A DNA stretch of 64,000 bases from Chlamydiales bacterium (GCA_965206695.1 CBDBKM010000010.1:352001-416000); one strand, 5' to 3'. Counted from the stretch's first letter, positions 31,189-42,441 are shown. A program made the numbers and translations. Notes: generated by a model not told the origin, from the letters alone.

Positions 31189-31270
31189 GGTAGTCGATAA
31201 TTTAAGCCTTTGGAGATCGTAATGGTCGTTGAATGAGTAATCCCTTCTCTTTAGGATAGGGAACTGTCAA
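31189..31270 (+). mobile_element. IS200/IS605 right-end (omega/reRNA-like) relic
   Basis: ggtagtcgataatttaagcctttggagatcgta..ggtcgttgaat..tccc..tttagg..ggga.ctgtcaa, homologous to the reverse complement of 6151-6253. Confidence 0.7.
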
Positions 31271-32852
31271 GAGAAATTAAAGACGCGATTTTTTTATTAA
31301 GCTCATCGGAATCAAGAAGCTCTTCGACTGATGGTTTTATACGATAGGTCCAGTTAAGGTCCGAGACAGTGCCCGGTCTATTTATTCTTTCATCATCCGG
31401 TTCATCATGAATAAGAGTTGGTATGAGAGCGAGATATTCATGTAAAAGGTTAATATGAAAGGCGCTATCTGTAAGGTGAGAGTCTTTAAGAATCTCAAAT
31501 CTCTTTTCAAGATCGAGCCCTTTCTGATACGTCCATTTTTTATAATCGGCGTATTTCTTAGCTTCTTCAGGATAGAGATCCCACCATTGGGCAAGCGTCT
31601 CAGAGTCATGGGTAGATACGCACGTCATACTGATGCGCGGATAATCTTCTAAAGGTATTGCCTGACCGTCTTGTGTTGTCTCCCAGCGCATTACCTTGGT
31701 TCCACAGATACCTAAGCCTTTTAAACAGTCTCTTATTGATTGTGGGATGATGGCTAAATCTTCACCGATAGGAAGCATACGAGAATTTTTTAAAAGCATA
31801 GAAAGAAGCTTATAACCATGCTTTATCCAAGTAGAGGTATCTGCCGGTGAGAAATAACCTTCTTTAGCACTTTTATTTAATGGAATGGACCATACCCGAA
31901 AAAATCCGACGACATGATCAAGTCGATACATATGATAGTAGTTGGTAGCTATAGTAAGACGATCCTCCCACCAACTATAATCAGATTTTTCTAACTCTTT
32001 CCAGTCATAAGCCGGAAAGTTCCAATATTGTCCTTCAGGAGTAAAATTATCAGGTGGTGACCCAACGGAGCGGTCCATAAGAAAAAAATTGGGGTAATAC
32101 CAAGCATCAGAGCTATTGCGACTGATTAAAAAAGGAAGATCTCCCATTAATTTGACTTGGTTGTCATTAGCATGTTTTTTGGTTTCAGAAAGTTGTACAT
32201 AGCATGCATATTGAAGGAAATGATAAAAATAGGTTTCTTCAATATGTTTTTCCAAAAATTCGGACTCCTTTTCTGAATCCATATCTTTAAATTTATTCGG
32301 CCATTCTTCCCAATTTGTCGTTTCGTTTATTTCACTAAAGATATTGAAAAGCGCATAGGGGATTAGCCAAGAATTATTTTTGATAAAAAGTTGAAAATCG
32401 TTTTGTCTTTTTAGATTATCTGCAATCAATGAATAGTATTTTCTTAAGAATGCCAACTTATTTTTACGAATTTCAGTATAGGCTACACGAGCGGTTAAAG
32501 GCTTATGTTGCATCGCTTGAAGAAATTTTGTGAGCTCAGGAAAATCAGATAAAAAGGGTAAGGCATGAAGGCTTAAAAAAATGGGGTGTAATGCAAAAAC
32601 GGATAGTGGACTATAGGGACTACTATCTTCACCTGTATCATTTAAAGGTAATAGTTGAATGACATCCATGCCGATGGTTTTACACCAATTGATTAAAGGG
32701 ATGAGATCAAGAAACTCACCGATTGAACAACTGTGTTTTGTATGAATAGAAGAAAGCATAATATCAATACCATGGTGAGAATGGATACCAATTGTTGACC
32801 AATGCTTAGATGCTAACGTCTCTGCTATGTTCGCTATGGGTATTTCTTTCAT
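31251..32852 (-). CDS. malQ: 4-alpha-glucanotransferase (amylomaltase)
   Basis: QLLPLNDTG.DSSPY, GDLPF, PPDNFTPEGQYW, RLDHVVGFFR, GEDL, STHDSETL; ATG 32852 overlaps the upstream stop (ATGA). Confidence 0.93.
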   Translation of the reverse strand: MKEIPIANIAETLASKHWSTIGIHSHHGIDIMLSSIHTKHSCSIGEFLDLIPLINWCKTIGMDVIQLLPLNDTGEDSSPYSPLSVFALHPIFLSLHALPFLSDFPELTKFLQAMQHKPLTARVAYTEIRKNKLAFLRKYYSLIADNLKRQNDFQLFIKNNSWLIPYALFNIFSEINETTNWEEWPNKFKDMDSEKESEFLEKHIEETYFYHFLQYACYVQLSETKKHANDNQVKLMGDLPFLISRNSSDAWYYPNFFLMDRSVGSPPDNFTPEGQYWNFPAYDWKELEKSDYSWWEDRLTIATNYYHMYRLDHVVGFFRVWSIPLNKSAKEGYFSPADTSTWIKHGYKLLSMLLKNSRMLPIGEDLAIIPQSIRDCLKGLGICGTKVMRWETTQDGQAIPLEDYPRISMTCVSTHDSETLAQWWDLYPEEAKKYADYKKWTYQKGLDLEKRFEILKDSHLTDSAFHINLLHEYLALIPTLIHDEPDDERINRPGTVSDLNWTYRIKPSVEELLDSDELNKKIASLISLDSSLS

Positions 32853-33313
32853 GGTGTCAAACCAAACATTTTGCCTTCGCCGGCTTTTGGTTTTAAGAGC
32901 CCGGGAGGGGCTGTCAAAGCATTTGCCAGCGCGTTTTTCCATTGACAGGCTTGATCAATTAGCGCGGTTAAGATATTTACAATAATTTCTGTTGTAAAGA
33001 ATTGAAGGTTTAACATTTCGAAAATAACGAGAGTATTTCTTTTTCTGCTAAAAGAAAGATTGCCAAAACGAGGATATAATCTGGAATTGGCTATTAAACC
33101 TTCTCTTAAAACATTCTCTCTAAATTTTCCCGGAGGTAGCCCTCCTAATTCTGAACCAATTAAAACACGTTCTTCATCAGCATCAAGCTCTATTTGAACA
33201 TTTAATCCGTTTTCTAAACTTAAGAGGCAGGAATTGTTTTCATCAGGTATAAGTTTCATTGAGAGCTGAACGCTCATTTCATCTAAAAGGTCGGTAAATT
33301 TATCTAATCCCAT
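32849..33313 (-). CDS. scc1: Type III secretion chaperone (CesT/SycE-like, Scc1)
   Basis: 154 aa, LIPDENNSC, LPPGKFRENV; position between copN and malQ. Confidence 0.85.
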   Translation of the reverse strand: MGLDKFTDLLDEMSVQLSMKLIPDENNSCLLSLENGLNVQIELDADEERVLIGSELGGLPPGKFRENVLREGLIANSRLYPRFGNLSFSRKRNTLVIFEMLNLQFFTTEIIVNILTALIDQACQWKNALANALTAPPGLLKPKAGEGKMFGLTP

Positions 33314-33333
33314 GATATTAACAAGCCTTTATT

Positions 33334-34533
33334 TTAATTATCAAAGTCATCATCTTCCTCTTCTTCTTCATATTCACTTTCTTCCTCTTCCAAAAGATCT
33401 TCAAGTTCTTCTAATGCTTCTATATGAGCACTTAAAATATCATTTCGATGGTTTAAAGAACGGTAGAGTTTAGGTGCTACTTGTCGTACAGCATCTCTAA
33501 ATTGAGAAAAAACGATAATTTGAGCTATGATTTCTTCTTCTATACCTAATTGACGTGCCAATTTAATGATTTTTACAGAGGAAGGGTAGCGATCTTCAAC
33601 AAGTTGCATAAATAATTGAGCAATTAGTTCATAAGTTAATTGCTTGGGGAAGCGAATGCGGTTTTTATCAAAAGAGCGAAAAATAATATTCATTCGAGAG
33701 CGAAAAAATCTATAAATATTTAGGATAGCTTGCAAGCTTCTCGATTCTGTTAAAAGGCGAAAAAGTTCTCCACGAGGAATTGAAGGGCCTTTTGCTTTTA
33801 GATCACCGCCTAAAGAATGTAGAAGAAAGTTAATGATTGTTTCCATATCATCAAATTGAAATTTTGATGAAAGTTCTTGAAAAAGTTTATTAGGCGATCT
33901 TGGATTTCCGGTAATATCACGATACAAATCTCTCAAAGCTGTAGGAGACCCCATTCCTTTTTCAGCAAATTCTCTTGCTTGAGTTGCCATGTTTTTCCCT
34001 GCACGAATTTCTCTTGAAAAATTATTGTTAAAGTCCGTACGAGCTTTTTTTACGAGTTGAGTTAATACATCTCCTTCAGTGGACTTTTCAAGGAATTCTA
34101 AAGCATCGTCAGCTAAAGAATAGTCGGGAAAGGACTCTAAAGTTTTTTTTAAGATATCTTCGGAAGAATCCGTTTCAATCAGGCGTTGTTTTAAAAGTAG
34201 AAGGGATTTAGCAAGCAATTCGGGATTCTTTTCTTCAGTCTCTGATGCGATGTCTTCGATTGCTTCGATTTTTTTTATAGAAGAAATCTTTTCGTCTTCA
34301 CCTTTTTGGGCTTTTTTAATAGCGCCTGTTCGCTCTTCGAGTGTTTTTGCTTTGTCTCGTAATTTTTTGGCAATCATAGCAGCAATATATTGATTGCCTT
34401 CTTGGCATTGGTCCATAAAAGCTTCTTGAGAAGAGACCTGTCTGGCTAATTGACGGATCTGCTTTTCTAAAGCCATTTGCCTTTTCAGTGATGCTGATGT
34501 TGTATCACCACTACCAAGAATATCTTCAGCCAT
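33334..34533 (-). CDS. copN: T3SS gatekeeper CopN/SctW
   Basis: 399 aa, DYSLADDALEFL, IRAGKN, LRDLYR, DLKAKGPSI; downstream of sctV. Confidence 0.85.
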   Translation of the reverse strand: MAEDILGSGDTTSASLKRQMALEKQIRQLARQVSSQEAFMDQCQEGNQYIAAMIAKKLRDKAKTLEERTGAIKKAQKGEDEKISSIKKIEAIEDIASETEEKNPELLAKSLLLLKQRLIETDSSEDILKKTLESFPDYSLADDALEFLEKSTEGDVLTQLVKKARTDFNNNFSREIRAGKNMATQAREFAEKGMGSPTALRDLYRDITGNPRSPNKLFQELSSKFQFDDMETIINFLLHSLGGDLKAKGPSIPRGELFRLLTESRSLQAILNIYRFFRSRMNIIFRSFDKNRIRFPKQLTYELIAQLFMQLVEDRYPSSVKIIKLARQLGIEEEIIAQIIVFSQFRDAVRQVAPKLYRSLNHRNDILSAHIEALEELEDLLEEEESEYEEEEEDDDFDN

Positions 34534-34560
34534 TAAGTTATCCTGTTTAATTCATCTAAA

Positions 34561-36699
34561 TTAAGTAATTTGAATACGTCCAAGAGGTTGTATGCGTATT
34601 TCCGGAACAATTTCCTGATATGAGACGAGAGAGACATCAGGGAACTCCATTTCAATAAGTTTTCTAACAAAACGACGAACGTCGATCGCTGTTAAAAGAA
34701 CAGGAGGTTGACCTCCCGGTGGCGTTGGAACAATCGTATTACGCATAGACTGTATGATAAGTTGTACCGAATCAGGATCAAGAGCAATATAGGAACCCGC
34801 AGAAGTTTGTTTAATAGCTCCTCTAACCATATCTTCAATTTCAGGATCAAGAAGGTAAACTGATAATACGGATTGTCCTCGAGAATATTTATAACTGATG
34901 TATCTTTTTAACGAAGCTCTTACATATTCAGTCAGAAGAACGGTATCTTTTTCAGTTTGCGCCCATTCACTTAAAGATTCCATAATAGTGCGCAAATCTT
35001 TTATAGAAACTTGTTCTTGAACTAAGCGTTTAAATATATCGGTGAGTTTTTGTAAAGGTATCAACCTGGTAACTTCTCGAATAAGATCGGGATAGCTCTT
35101 TTCAATAAATTCTAACATGGATCGAATTTCTTGAATGCCTATAAATTCACTGGCATATTGTCTAAAGAAATGGGAAATATGCAAAATCACAACTTCTAGG
35201 GGAGGCCAGAATCTTATAGAAGCTTTTTCTAAAATATTTTGATATTTCTTATCGACCCAAAAGCTAGGCATATTGAGACTATTTTTATAAGTAGTAAAGG
35301 GGACGTTATAACGTTGAAGATTTTCCTCTGTTTCATTGGTTAAAATAAAATCTTTAACTATTCGTCCTCGTACGATGGGGACTTCATTTAATAGAATGGC
35401 ATATTCCTCATCTTCTAAATTAGGAGCGTTAGAGCGCACGTGAACGCCGGGGTATCTAATGCCTAAATCCTGATAAAGAGCTCGTCGCATGCGAGGGATC
35501 ATATTTTCAACAAAAGAGACATGGCTTTTACGGTCTTTTTGAATTTCATGAGAAAGAGCCTTACCTAATTCCAAAATAACAGGTAAAGTTAAAGCATAAT
35601 TTTCCTGAGCTCCGGGAACGGTTGCATGCCCTTCAACCCCGGATTCTATTGTTCCGGGTCCTCCTTTCATACCGGCGGCAGGGGCCTCTTTACGTTTTTT
35701 AGCATGCCAAAGACTATACCCTATTATTGCGACAATAGCGGCTAAGATAGCAAATGGTAAAAAAGGAAAGGCAGGGATAGATCCGATACCTAATATGACT
35801 GTTGCGGTAATCATTAAAGCTTTTGGTTGTCTCAAAATTTGTTGAGATATCTCCTTACCTAAATTGGTATCCTTGGTGTCACTTGTTACCCTGGTTGTGA
35901 CAATACCCGCAGTGATAGCAATTAAAATAGCAGGAACTTGCGATACTAAACCGTCACCAATGGATAAAAGTGAATAGACCTTAGCTGATTGACCCGCTGT
36001 CATTCCATGTTGAGCGACACCAATGATCAAACCACCAATAATATTGATTAATGTGATAACAATCCCGGCAATAGCGTCCCCTTTTACGAATTTCATGGCA
36101 CCGTCCATAGAACCATATAATTCACTTTCTTTTGTTAAAGCCAGACGTTTATCTCTTGCTTGATTAGCATCGATAATGCCTGCTCGCATATCGGCATCGA
36201 TACTCATTTGTTTACCCGGCATAGCATCTAAACGAAATCGGGCTGCTACCTCTGCAACTCTCTCAGCACCTTTAGTCACAACAATGAATTGAACTAATGT
36301 AATGATCAAGAAGACAACGCCACCAACAATATAATTGCCTCCTACTACGAACTCACCAAAAGCTTGAATGACATGTCCTGCATAAGCATGCAAAAGAATC
36401 TGCCTGGTCGAGGCAATATTAATACCCAAGCGATACAGAGTAGTGATAAGAAGTATGGATGGAAACATCGATAGTTCAATAGCATTTGGGATATAAAGAG
36501 AAACCATCATTAAAGTGACGGCAATTGTTAGGTTAATGGCAATAAGTAAATCAATAATAGGAGGTGGTACCGGCAGGATAATCATTACGATAATGCTGAT
36601 AATGACAATTGCCATGACTATATCGGCATGCTTCGTTATCGCATTCGATGATCTTTCGCTTCTTAAATAGGTGTTGAGCGATGTAAGTTTAGCTTTCAT
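34561..36699 (-). CDS. sctV: T3SS export gate SctV (CdsV/LcrD)
   Basis: FIVVTKGAERVAEVAARFRLDAMPGKQMSIDAD, GSMDGAMKFVKGDAIAG. Confidence 0.97.
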   Translation of the reverse strand: MKAKLTSLNTYLRSERSSNAITKHADIVMAIVIISIIVMIILPVPPPIIDLLIAINLTIAVTLMMVSLYIPNAIELSMFPSILLITTLYRLGINIASTRQILLHAYAGHVIQAFGEFVVGGNYIVGGVVFLIITLVQFIVVTKGAERVAEVAARFRLDAMPGKQMSIDADMRAGIIDANQARDKRLALTKESELYGSMDGAMKFVKGDAIAGIVITLINIIGGLIIGVAQHGMTAGQSAKVYSLLSIGDGLVSQVPAILIAITAGIVTTRVTSDTKDTNLGKEISQQILRQPKALMITATVILGIGSIPAFPFLPFAILAAIVAIIGYSLWHAKKRKEAPAAGMKGGPGTIESGVEGHATVPGAQENYALTLPVILELGKALSHEIQKDRKSHVSFVENMIPRMRRALYQDLGIRYPGVHVRSNAPNLEDEEYAILLNEVPIVRGRIVKDFILTNETEENLQRYNVPFTTYKNSLNMPSFWVDKKYQNILEKASIRFWPPLEVVILHISHFFRQYASEFIGIQEIRSMLEFIEKSYPDLIREVTRLIPLQKLTDIFKRLVQEQVSIKDLRTIMESLSEWAQTEKDTVLLTEYVRASLKRYISYKYSRGQSVLSVYLLDPEIEDMVRGAIKQTSAGSYIALDPDSVQLIIQSMRNTIVPTPPGGQPPVLLTAIDVRRFVRKLIEMEFPDVSLVSYQEIVPEIRIQPLGRIQIT

Positions 36700-36717
36700 A
36701 ATATTAGTATCATTCCT

Positions 36718-37773
36718 TTAATCCTCTTCAGCTTCCAAAGAGGCCAACCATTTTAAAATTTCTGCGATAGCTTCAAAAGTTTCTTCGGGAATGTATTGGT
36801 TAACTACCCCTGTTTCATATAATTCATGCGCTAAAGGCACATTTCTGACAATAGGAATACGCCACTTTTCAGCTTCTTTTATAATTTTTTCAGCAATTAT
36901 GCCACTTCCTTTTACTAAAACAACGGGTGCGGCGTGAGCTTCTTCATTATATTCAAGGGCAATAGCAAGATGAGTCGGGTTAGTAACAACAGCTTTTGCT
37001 TTTTTTGTGGAGCTAACACTCCCTTCTTGATAAGCTATTTCGTGAGCAAATTGTTTGCGTTTTCCTTTAATATGTGGATCACCTTCAGTATCTTTATATT
37101 CTTGTTTTACTTCAAATTTCTCCATTTTCATTTCTTTGGCAAAATTGCTTTTTTGATAAAAGACATCAAAAAGTGCAATAGCAATAAAAAAAATACCTAC
37201 TCGGATGATGACCTTTATTAAAAAATGATCAAAGATTAGAGCGGCCCCATACGCCGGCATGGAAGCCGTAAACACAATATTCCATAAGTCATGATAGATA
37301 GTAAAATAAATAATAACAATTGCGCCGGTAATTTTTAAAACAGATTTAATTAATTCTATAAGCGTTTTTAATTTAAATTTATTTTTTAAGTTAGTAATAG
37401 GATTTAATCGCTTAAGATCAATCTTCATCGCCTCCATAGAAAAAAGAGGCCCTACAACAAAAAAATTAGCCATGACACCTACAAAAACAACGATTACCAA
37501 TAATGGAAGAGTGGTATTCAAAATGAGGGACACCGCTCGTGATACTGTTTGAACGAGCAGAGGGGATAAATCTCCCCCTTCTCTAAAAACGTGAAAAGAA
37601 TCTAACAGGAAAGATCCTATATTTTCATAAATTTTATGGGCGAGTAAAAGGGCTCCCCAAATAGCTACCATAAAAGTAAATGCTGAAGGAAAGTCCTGTG
37701 ATTTAGCTACTTGACCCTTTTTACGAGCATCTCTTAATTTCTTCGGGGTTGCTTTTTCCGACTTTTCAGCCAT
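36718..37773 (-). CDS. sctU: T3SS export switch SctU (CdsU)
   Basis: EKSEKATPKKLRDARKKGQVAKSQD, EGDP, NPTH autocleavage motif. Confidence 0.97.
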   Translation of the reverse strand: MAEKSEKATPKKLRDARKKGQVAKSQDFPSAFTFMVAIWGALLLAHKIYENIGSFLLDSFHVFREGGDLSPLLVQTVSRAVSLILNTTLPLLVIVVFVGVMANFFVVGPLFSMEAMKIDLKRLNPITNLKNKFKLKTLIELIKSVLKITGAIVIIYFTIYHDLWNIVFTASMPAYGAALIFDHFLIKVIIRVGIFFIAIALFDVFYQKSNFAKEMKMEKFEVKQEYKDTEGDPHIKGKRKQFAHEIAYQEGSVSSTKKAKAVVTNPTHLAIALEYNEEAHAAPVVLVKGSGIIAEKIIKEAEKWRIPIVRNVPLAHELYETGVVNQYIPEETFEAIAEILKWLASLEAEED

Positions 37774-37933
37774 GGTATCTCATTTTCTTTAAAGTACTAA
37801 CTTTCAATCTAATTGAAACAATTTTCTTCAGTCAAGGAAAACTTTAACGATCTGATCTCTTGAAGTAAACGATTTTTCTGTTAAAATGCTTAACTTCTTA
37901 TGGAGCATTTAAAATTTAATTTAAGTAGAATCA

Positions 37934-39028
37934 ATGAGTAATTTATCATGTGGCATTGTTGGTTTACCTAATGTAGGTAAATCAACCCTTTTTAATGCTT
38001 TAACCTCTAATGAGGCGGCGTGTTCTAATTACCCTTTTTGTACGATCGATCCTAACGTAGGTATTGTGAATGTACCTGATCCACGACTTGCTATCTTGTC
38101 TCAATTATCCGAGTCTCAAACTATTATTCCTGCGGCTATGAATTTTATTGATATAGCCGGTATTGTAAAAGGAGCAGCAAAAGGGGAAGGTTTAGGCAAT
38201 AAATTCTTATCTAATATTAGAGAGACGGATGCGATTGTTCATGTCGTTCGTTGTTTTGATGATGATAATGTGATTCATGTAGCCGGTCGTGTTAATCCGA
38301 TTGAAGATATTGAAGTTATTAATCTCGAACTCATTCTAGCCGATATGCAAATGGTTGAAAATATTTTGCCGAAGCTTCAAAAACAGCTTAGAGGAGATAA
38401 AGAACAAGCTTTTGTTATAGAAGTCTTAACTAAAGTAAAAGCTCATTTAGATGAGAATAAGCCTTTGAGGTTTATGCAACTTTTAGATGAGGAAAGAGAA
38501 GCTTTAAATCCTTATGCTTTTTTAACAGCAAAGAAAGTGTTGTATGTGGCGAACGTTTCTGAAAATGACTTGCCGGAGATGCGAAATGACTATGTTAAAC
38601 AAGTTGAAGCATTTGCCGAAACTGAAGGAAGTGCTGTTGTGCCTATATGTGCCAATCTGGAAGCGGAGATATCTCAATTGGATGTTGCGGATAGACAGGA
38701 GATGCTTGAGAGTCTTGATTTAAAAGAACCCGGACTAAATCGACTTATTAGAGCCTCTTTTTTTATGCTTGGCTTGATTACTTTCTTAACAACAGGTGAA
38801 AAAGAGACAAGAGCTTGGACTATTGTAAACGGATCTTTAGCTCCCGAAGCTGCAGGAAAAATTCATACCGATATTCAGAAGGGTTTTATACGAGCGGAAG
38901 TAATCAAATTCGAAAATATGCTCCGGTTTAAAGGTCGGAATGGAGCTAAAGAAGCCGGAAAATTATCTATAGAAGGAAAAGACTACGTCGTTTTAGATGG
39001 TGATGTCATTGTCTTTTTGCATAATTGA
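37934..39028 (+). CDS. ychF: Redox-regulated ATPase YchF
   Basis: [48 protein letters not shown]. Confidence 0.97.
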   Translation: MSNLSCGIVGLPNVGKSTLFNALTSNEAACSNYPFCTIDPNVGIVNVPDPRLAILSQLSESQTIIPAAMNFIDIAGIVKGAAKGEGLGNKFLSNIRETDAIVHVVRCFDDDNVIHVAGRVNPIEDIEVINLELILADMQMVENILPKLQKQLRGDKEQAFVIEVLTKVKAHLDENKPLRFMQLLDEEREALNPYAFLTAKKVLYVANVSENDLPEMRNDYVKQVEAFAETEGSAVVPICANLEAEISQLDVADRQEMLESLDLKEPGLNRLIRASFFMLGLITFLTTGEKETRAWTIVNGSLAPEAAGKIHTDIQKGFIRAEVIKFENMLRFKGRNGAKEAGKLSIEGKDYVVLDGDVIVFLHN

Positions 39029-39059
39029 TTCACTTAATTTCTGAAGCTACATAAATGAA

Positions 39060-39505
39060 CGTAATCGTTTGTACGTGCTTCTTACACGAGATGACGGTCC
39101 GGGCCTGATCACATTGCTCATGTTCTGCGCTTAAGCCGCTCGAGTTTTTATGAGTATTTGATGGAATTTCAATCAGAAGAAAAAACTCAGTATGATACCA
39201 AGGGAGGATCAGCCGGTAAATGATCCAAACAAAAGAAACAAGTGAAACATCTTTTTTTAATATACTTAATAGAAGGGTTAAGGATGTATGTGCGTCTGTC
39301 TTAGAACAATATAAAATTCCCTACAGCACAGGAGGGATGATATCTTGGCTAAAGCATCATCATTTTGTTTTCAAAAGTCCTGTTAATGTCCCCGGGAGGC
39401 TTGACTTAGAGAAGCATTCACAGACTTCAAAAATAGATGTTATTTTAGATAACGGAAGAGCCAATAAAACCAAACGGATTCAAGAATATTTAAAGACTTC
39501 ACGTA
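39060..39505 (+). pseudogene. Highly degraded IS630-type transposase
   Basis: YSTGGMISWLKHHHF..PGRLD and VILDNGR fragments with internal deletions. Confidence 0.6.
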
Positions 39506-39507
39506 TA

Positions 39508-40601
39508 TACTCATCACGAATAAACCTCCGGATATTTTGTATTCGTATAGTGTAAATTATTTTGTATGAATTCATTTTTAACACTATCAGAAGAAAAGCA
39601 TCTCAGACAGCAACATAAACGAGAAAAGAATGGTCGTATACGAGATCGTATCAAGGCTGTTCTATTGTCGAATAAAGGTTGGAGTAATACTCGTATTGCT
39701 GAAGCTGTGCTTTTAGACGATGAAACAGTGTCTCGTCACATTAAAGAATATCAAAATAAACAGCAATTGCATGTAGAAAGCGGTGGTTCAGTCAGTAAAC
39801 TTCTTGCGCCACAGTCAGAAGAATTCATTAAACATTTAACAACTCATACCTATGTCAAAGTAGAAGAGATCTGTTCTTATGTTCTCGCGAAATATGGCAT
39901 TGTTTATACGATTTCAGGGATGACTTCTTGGCTACACTCACATGGTTTTTCCTATAAAAAGCCTAAAGGTACACCGGCTAAGGCAAATTCTGATCAACAA
40001 AAAGCTTGGATGCAATTTTACGCCAAGCTTATGGCATCTCTGCCTAAAAATGAGCCTGTTGAATTTGCTGATGGTGTACATCCAACTATGGCAACTAAAA
40101 TTTCTTATGGTTGGATTCGACCGGGAACAGATAAATTGATTGCAACAACAGCTTCTCGTACTCGAATGAATCTTATGGGGTCTATCAATTTAAACAGTAT
40201 GAAGGTAACAATAGATGCTTATGAAACATTAAATAGCGGTACCACGGCAAAGCATTTTGCTTTGCTACGGTCAAAATACCCCTCAGCTCCAAATATCCAT
40301 CTTATTTTAGATCAAGGCCCTTATAATACAAGTATTCAGACCAAACAAGAAGCAGAAAAACAAGGTATTATTCTCTATTATTTACCTTCTTACAGTCCTA
40401 ACCTCAATCCCATTGAACGATTATGGAAAGTGATGAATGAATATTGTCGCAATAATCGGTTTTTTAATTCTGCTAAAGAATTTCGGAGATCGATTACCGG
40501 ATTTTTTGAAAATACTTGGCCTTCTATTGCTCAATCAATGAGGAAACGAATCAATGATCATTTTCAAGTCTTAGAATCGGCACTTTGATTCATAAGGGGT
40601 A
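39508..40601 (+). mobile_element. IS630 lineage D, copy 2
   Basis: ORF 39566-40588; same ends as 12131-13224; TA at 39506-39507 and 40602-40603. Confidence 0.95.
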
Positions 40602-41250
40602 TAGAAGAAAAGTTATCGAGGGAGGTATTGATAAAAGACTCAGTTAAATAAGACAGCCAATCAACTATCTATGGAGATTAAAGAACTTGATATTATGCCT
40701 AACCATGCATTTATCAAAACTCAACCCATTCAATCTCCACAGCTTGCAATTGGTCAACTTAAAGGATACAGTAGTAAGCATTCTCAAGTTTAAAATCTCG
40801 ATTGCCTACATTATGGACAAGATCGCATTATGTTGATAGTGCGGAAAAACTAAATGCATATACCCTTGAAGACTGCACGGATGTAGTCGACCCCCCAAAC
40901 TCGATTGCGACGCCGGAGAGTTTGAGAGGCATTTAATTTTAGTTAGGCTATGCGATCTTTTCCTCTATTAAAATAGCCTCGTACGTTATAGTTTGGTTGA
41001 TTTTTAATCTGATCCGCTGCGTGAGTGGTAGAGTGCCTGTGGAGTTGTAAATAATTCCTGAGCGTCGCCCGGAATAGGTTAGCAAAGACGGAGCAGCGAA
41101 AAAGCAGGAAAAGAGCGGTGAGTCAAACACGATGTTTGGCGAGATCATAAGCCTCCAACACGAAAAGAAAGTATATCCGAAATCAAAAAAACAAATAAAT
41201 GCTTTCATCCCAATGCTAAAGTAAAATGTTTTCTCGCTTAATGGTCATAA
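40602..41250 (+). pseudogene. tnpA: IS200/IS605 tnpA (Y1 transposase) remnant with terminal hairpin, interrupted by the 298-bp element
   Basis: RRKVI..IMPNH..GQLKGYSS..KSRLPTLWTRSHYVDS..AYT | RKYIRNQKNK*. Confidence 0.8.
40867..41164 (+). repeat. ~298-bp non-coding mobile repeat, copy 1
   Basis: Near-identical to the reverse complement of 50808-51106; GC-richer than its flanks; several hairpins. Confidence 0.85.
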
Positions 41251-41307
41251 AGCGCGAAATAATTATACTTTTTTTAAGCGCTTATATCCGGAGCCGGTTG
41301 ATTTTAC

Positions 41308-42231
41308 TTGTTTTCTTTTAACCCATCTTTCCTTTTAATCATTCACATGAATAATCAAGTGTCATGGTCTTTAAAAACAAAAATTTCTTTATCTTTAACG
41401 GTTTTTTTATGGGCCTCCGCATTTGTAGGTATTCGGTTAGGACTAACGGGGTATAGCCCCGGTTCTTTGGCTCTTTTTCGTTATATTATAGCTTCTATTT
41501 GTATGGTTTTTTTCTATTTTAGGGTACCCAAACGCCAAAAAATTACCTTAAATCACTTATTAAGTCTTTTATTTCTGGGCGTCATAGGAATAGGGATCTA
41601 TAACGTAGCATTAAATTACGCGGAAGTGACAATCTCGGCAGCTATTGCCAGCTTTATCGTTTCTCAAATGCCTGTTTTTACCGCTATATTTGCTGTTTTA
41701 TTTTTAGGGGAGAAGCTGGATTTAAGAAGTTGCCTTGGGATTCTGGTTAGTTTTCTTGGTGTAGTATTAATCGCTTTTGGAAGTAGTAAGACTCTTACCA
41801 TTAACATTGGTATTTTCTATGCTTTAATAGCAGCTTTGATGGGAAGTACTTATACGGTTTTACAAAAACCTCTTTTAGGTAAGTTCCATCCTTTTGAGCT
41901 CTCTAGTTTTGCTATCTGGGGAGGTACTCTAGTAATGACTGTTTTTTTTCCTCAACTTATTGAAGAAATACCACAAGCTTCACTTACTTCTACTCTATCT
42001 GTTGTTTACTTAGGCATTTTCCCTGCAGCTATTGCTTATGCTGCCTGGAGTGTTGTGTTATCGAAAACTCCGGCTTCCGGAGCTGCTGTTTGTCTCTATT
42101 CCATGCCTATTATTGCTACAATTTTAGGCTGGATTGTCTTAGGTGAAATCCCATACTTTTTAGCTTTAATAGGTGGTTTATTAGCTCTTATAGGAGCTTT
42201 AATTGTTAGTTTAAGAAAGAATAGACTATAG
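41308..42231 (+). CDS. DMT/EamA family transporter
   Basis: LWASAFVGIR, ALFRY, PVFTAIFAVLFLGEKL; about 10 TM segments. Confidence 0.9.
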   Translation: MFSFNPSFLLIIHMNNQVSWSLKTKISLSLTVFLWASAFVGIRLGLTGYSPGSLALFRYIIASICMVFFYFRVPKRQKITLNHLLSLLFLGVIGIGIYNVALNYAEVTISAAIASFIVSQMPVFTAIFAVLFLGEKLDLRSCLGILVSFLGVVLIAFGSSKTLTINIGIFYALIAALMGSTYTVLQKPLLGKFHPFELSSFAIWGGTLVMTVFFPQLIEEIPQASLTSTLSVVYLGIFPAAIAYAAWSVVLSKTPASGAAVCLYSMPIIATILGWIVLGEIPYFLALIGGLLALIGALIVSLRKNRL

Positions 42232-42441
42232 TTAAATAGCATTCCATCTTCTTATAGAACAAACTCAACAAAGATTATTTATTATGATATAAGGAATTCA
42301 CCCATGTCTATTAAGTCTGCTATCTTTTTTTATACATAAAAAAATACTAAAACCGGAAAGGTTTTTGAATGAAATAAGTCAGGTGATTGATTGGAAGGCA
42401 TTTGAGAGTCTCATTCAACCTTTAATATCGGATAATATCGC

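Noticed and set aside
40948..41208. 86-aa ORF and its 114-aa counterpart at 50773-51117
   Set aside because: Both lie in the 298-bp repeat; their starts fall in unrelated flanks and a 1-nt indel changes their C-termini, so they are treated as non-coding.
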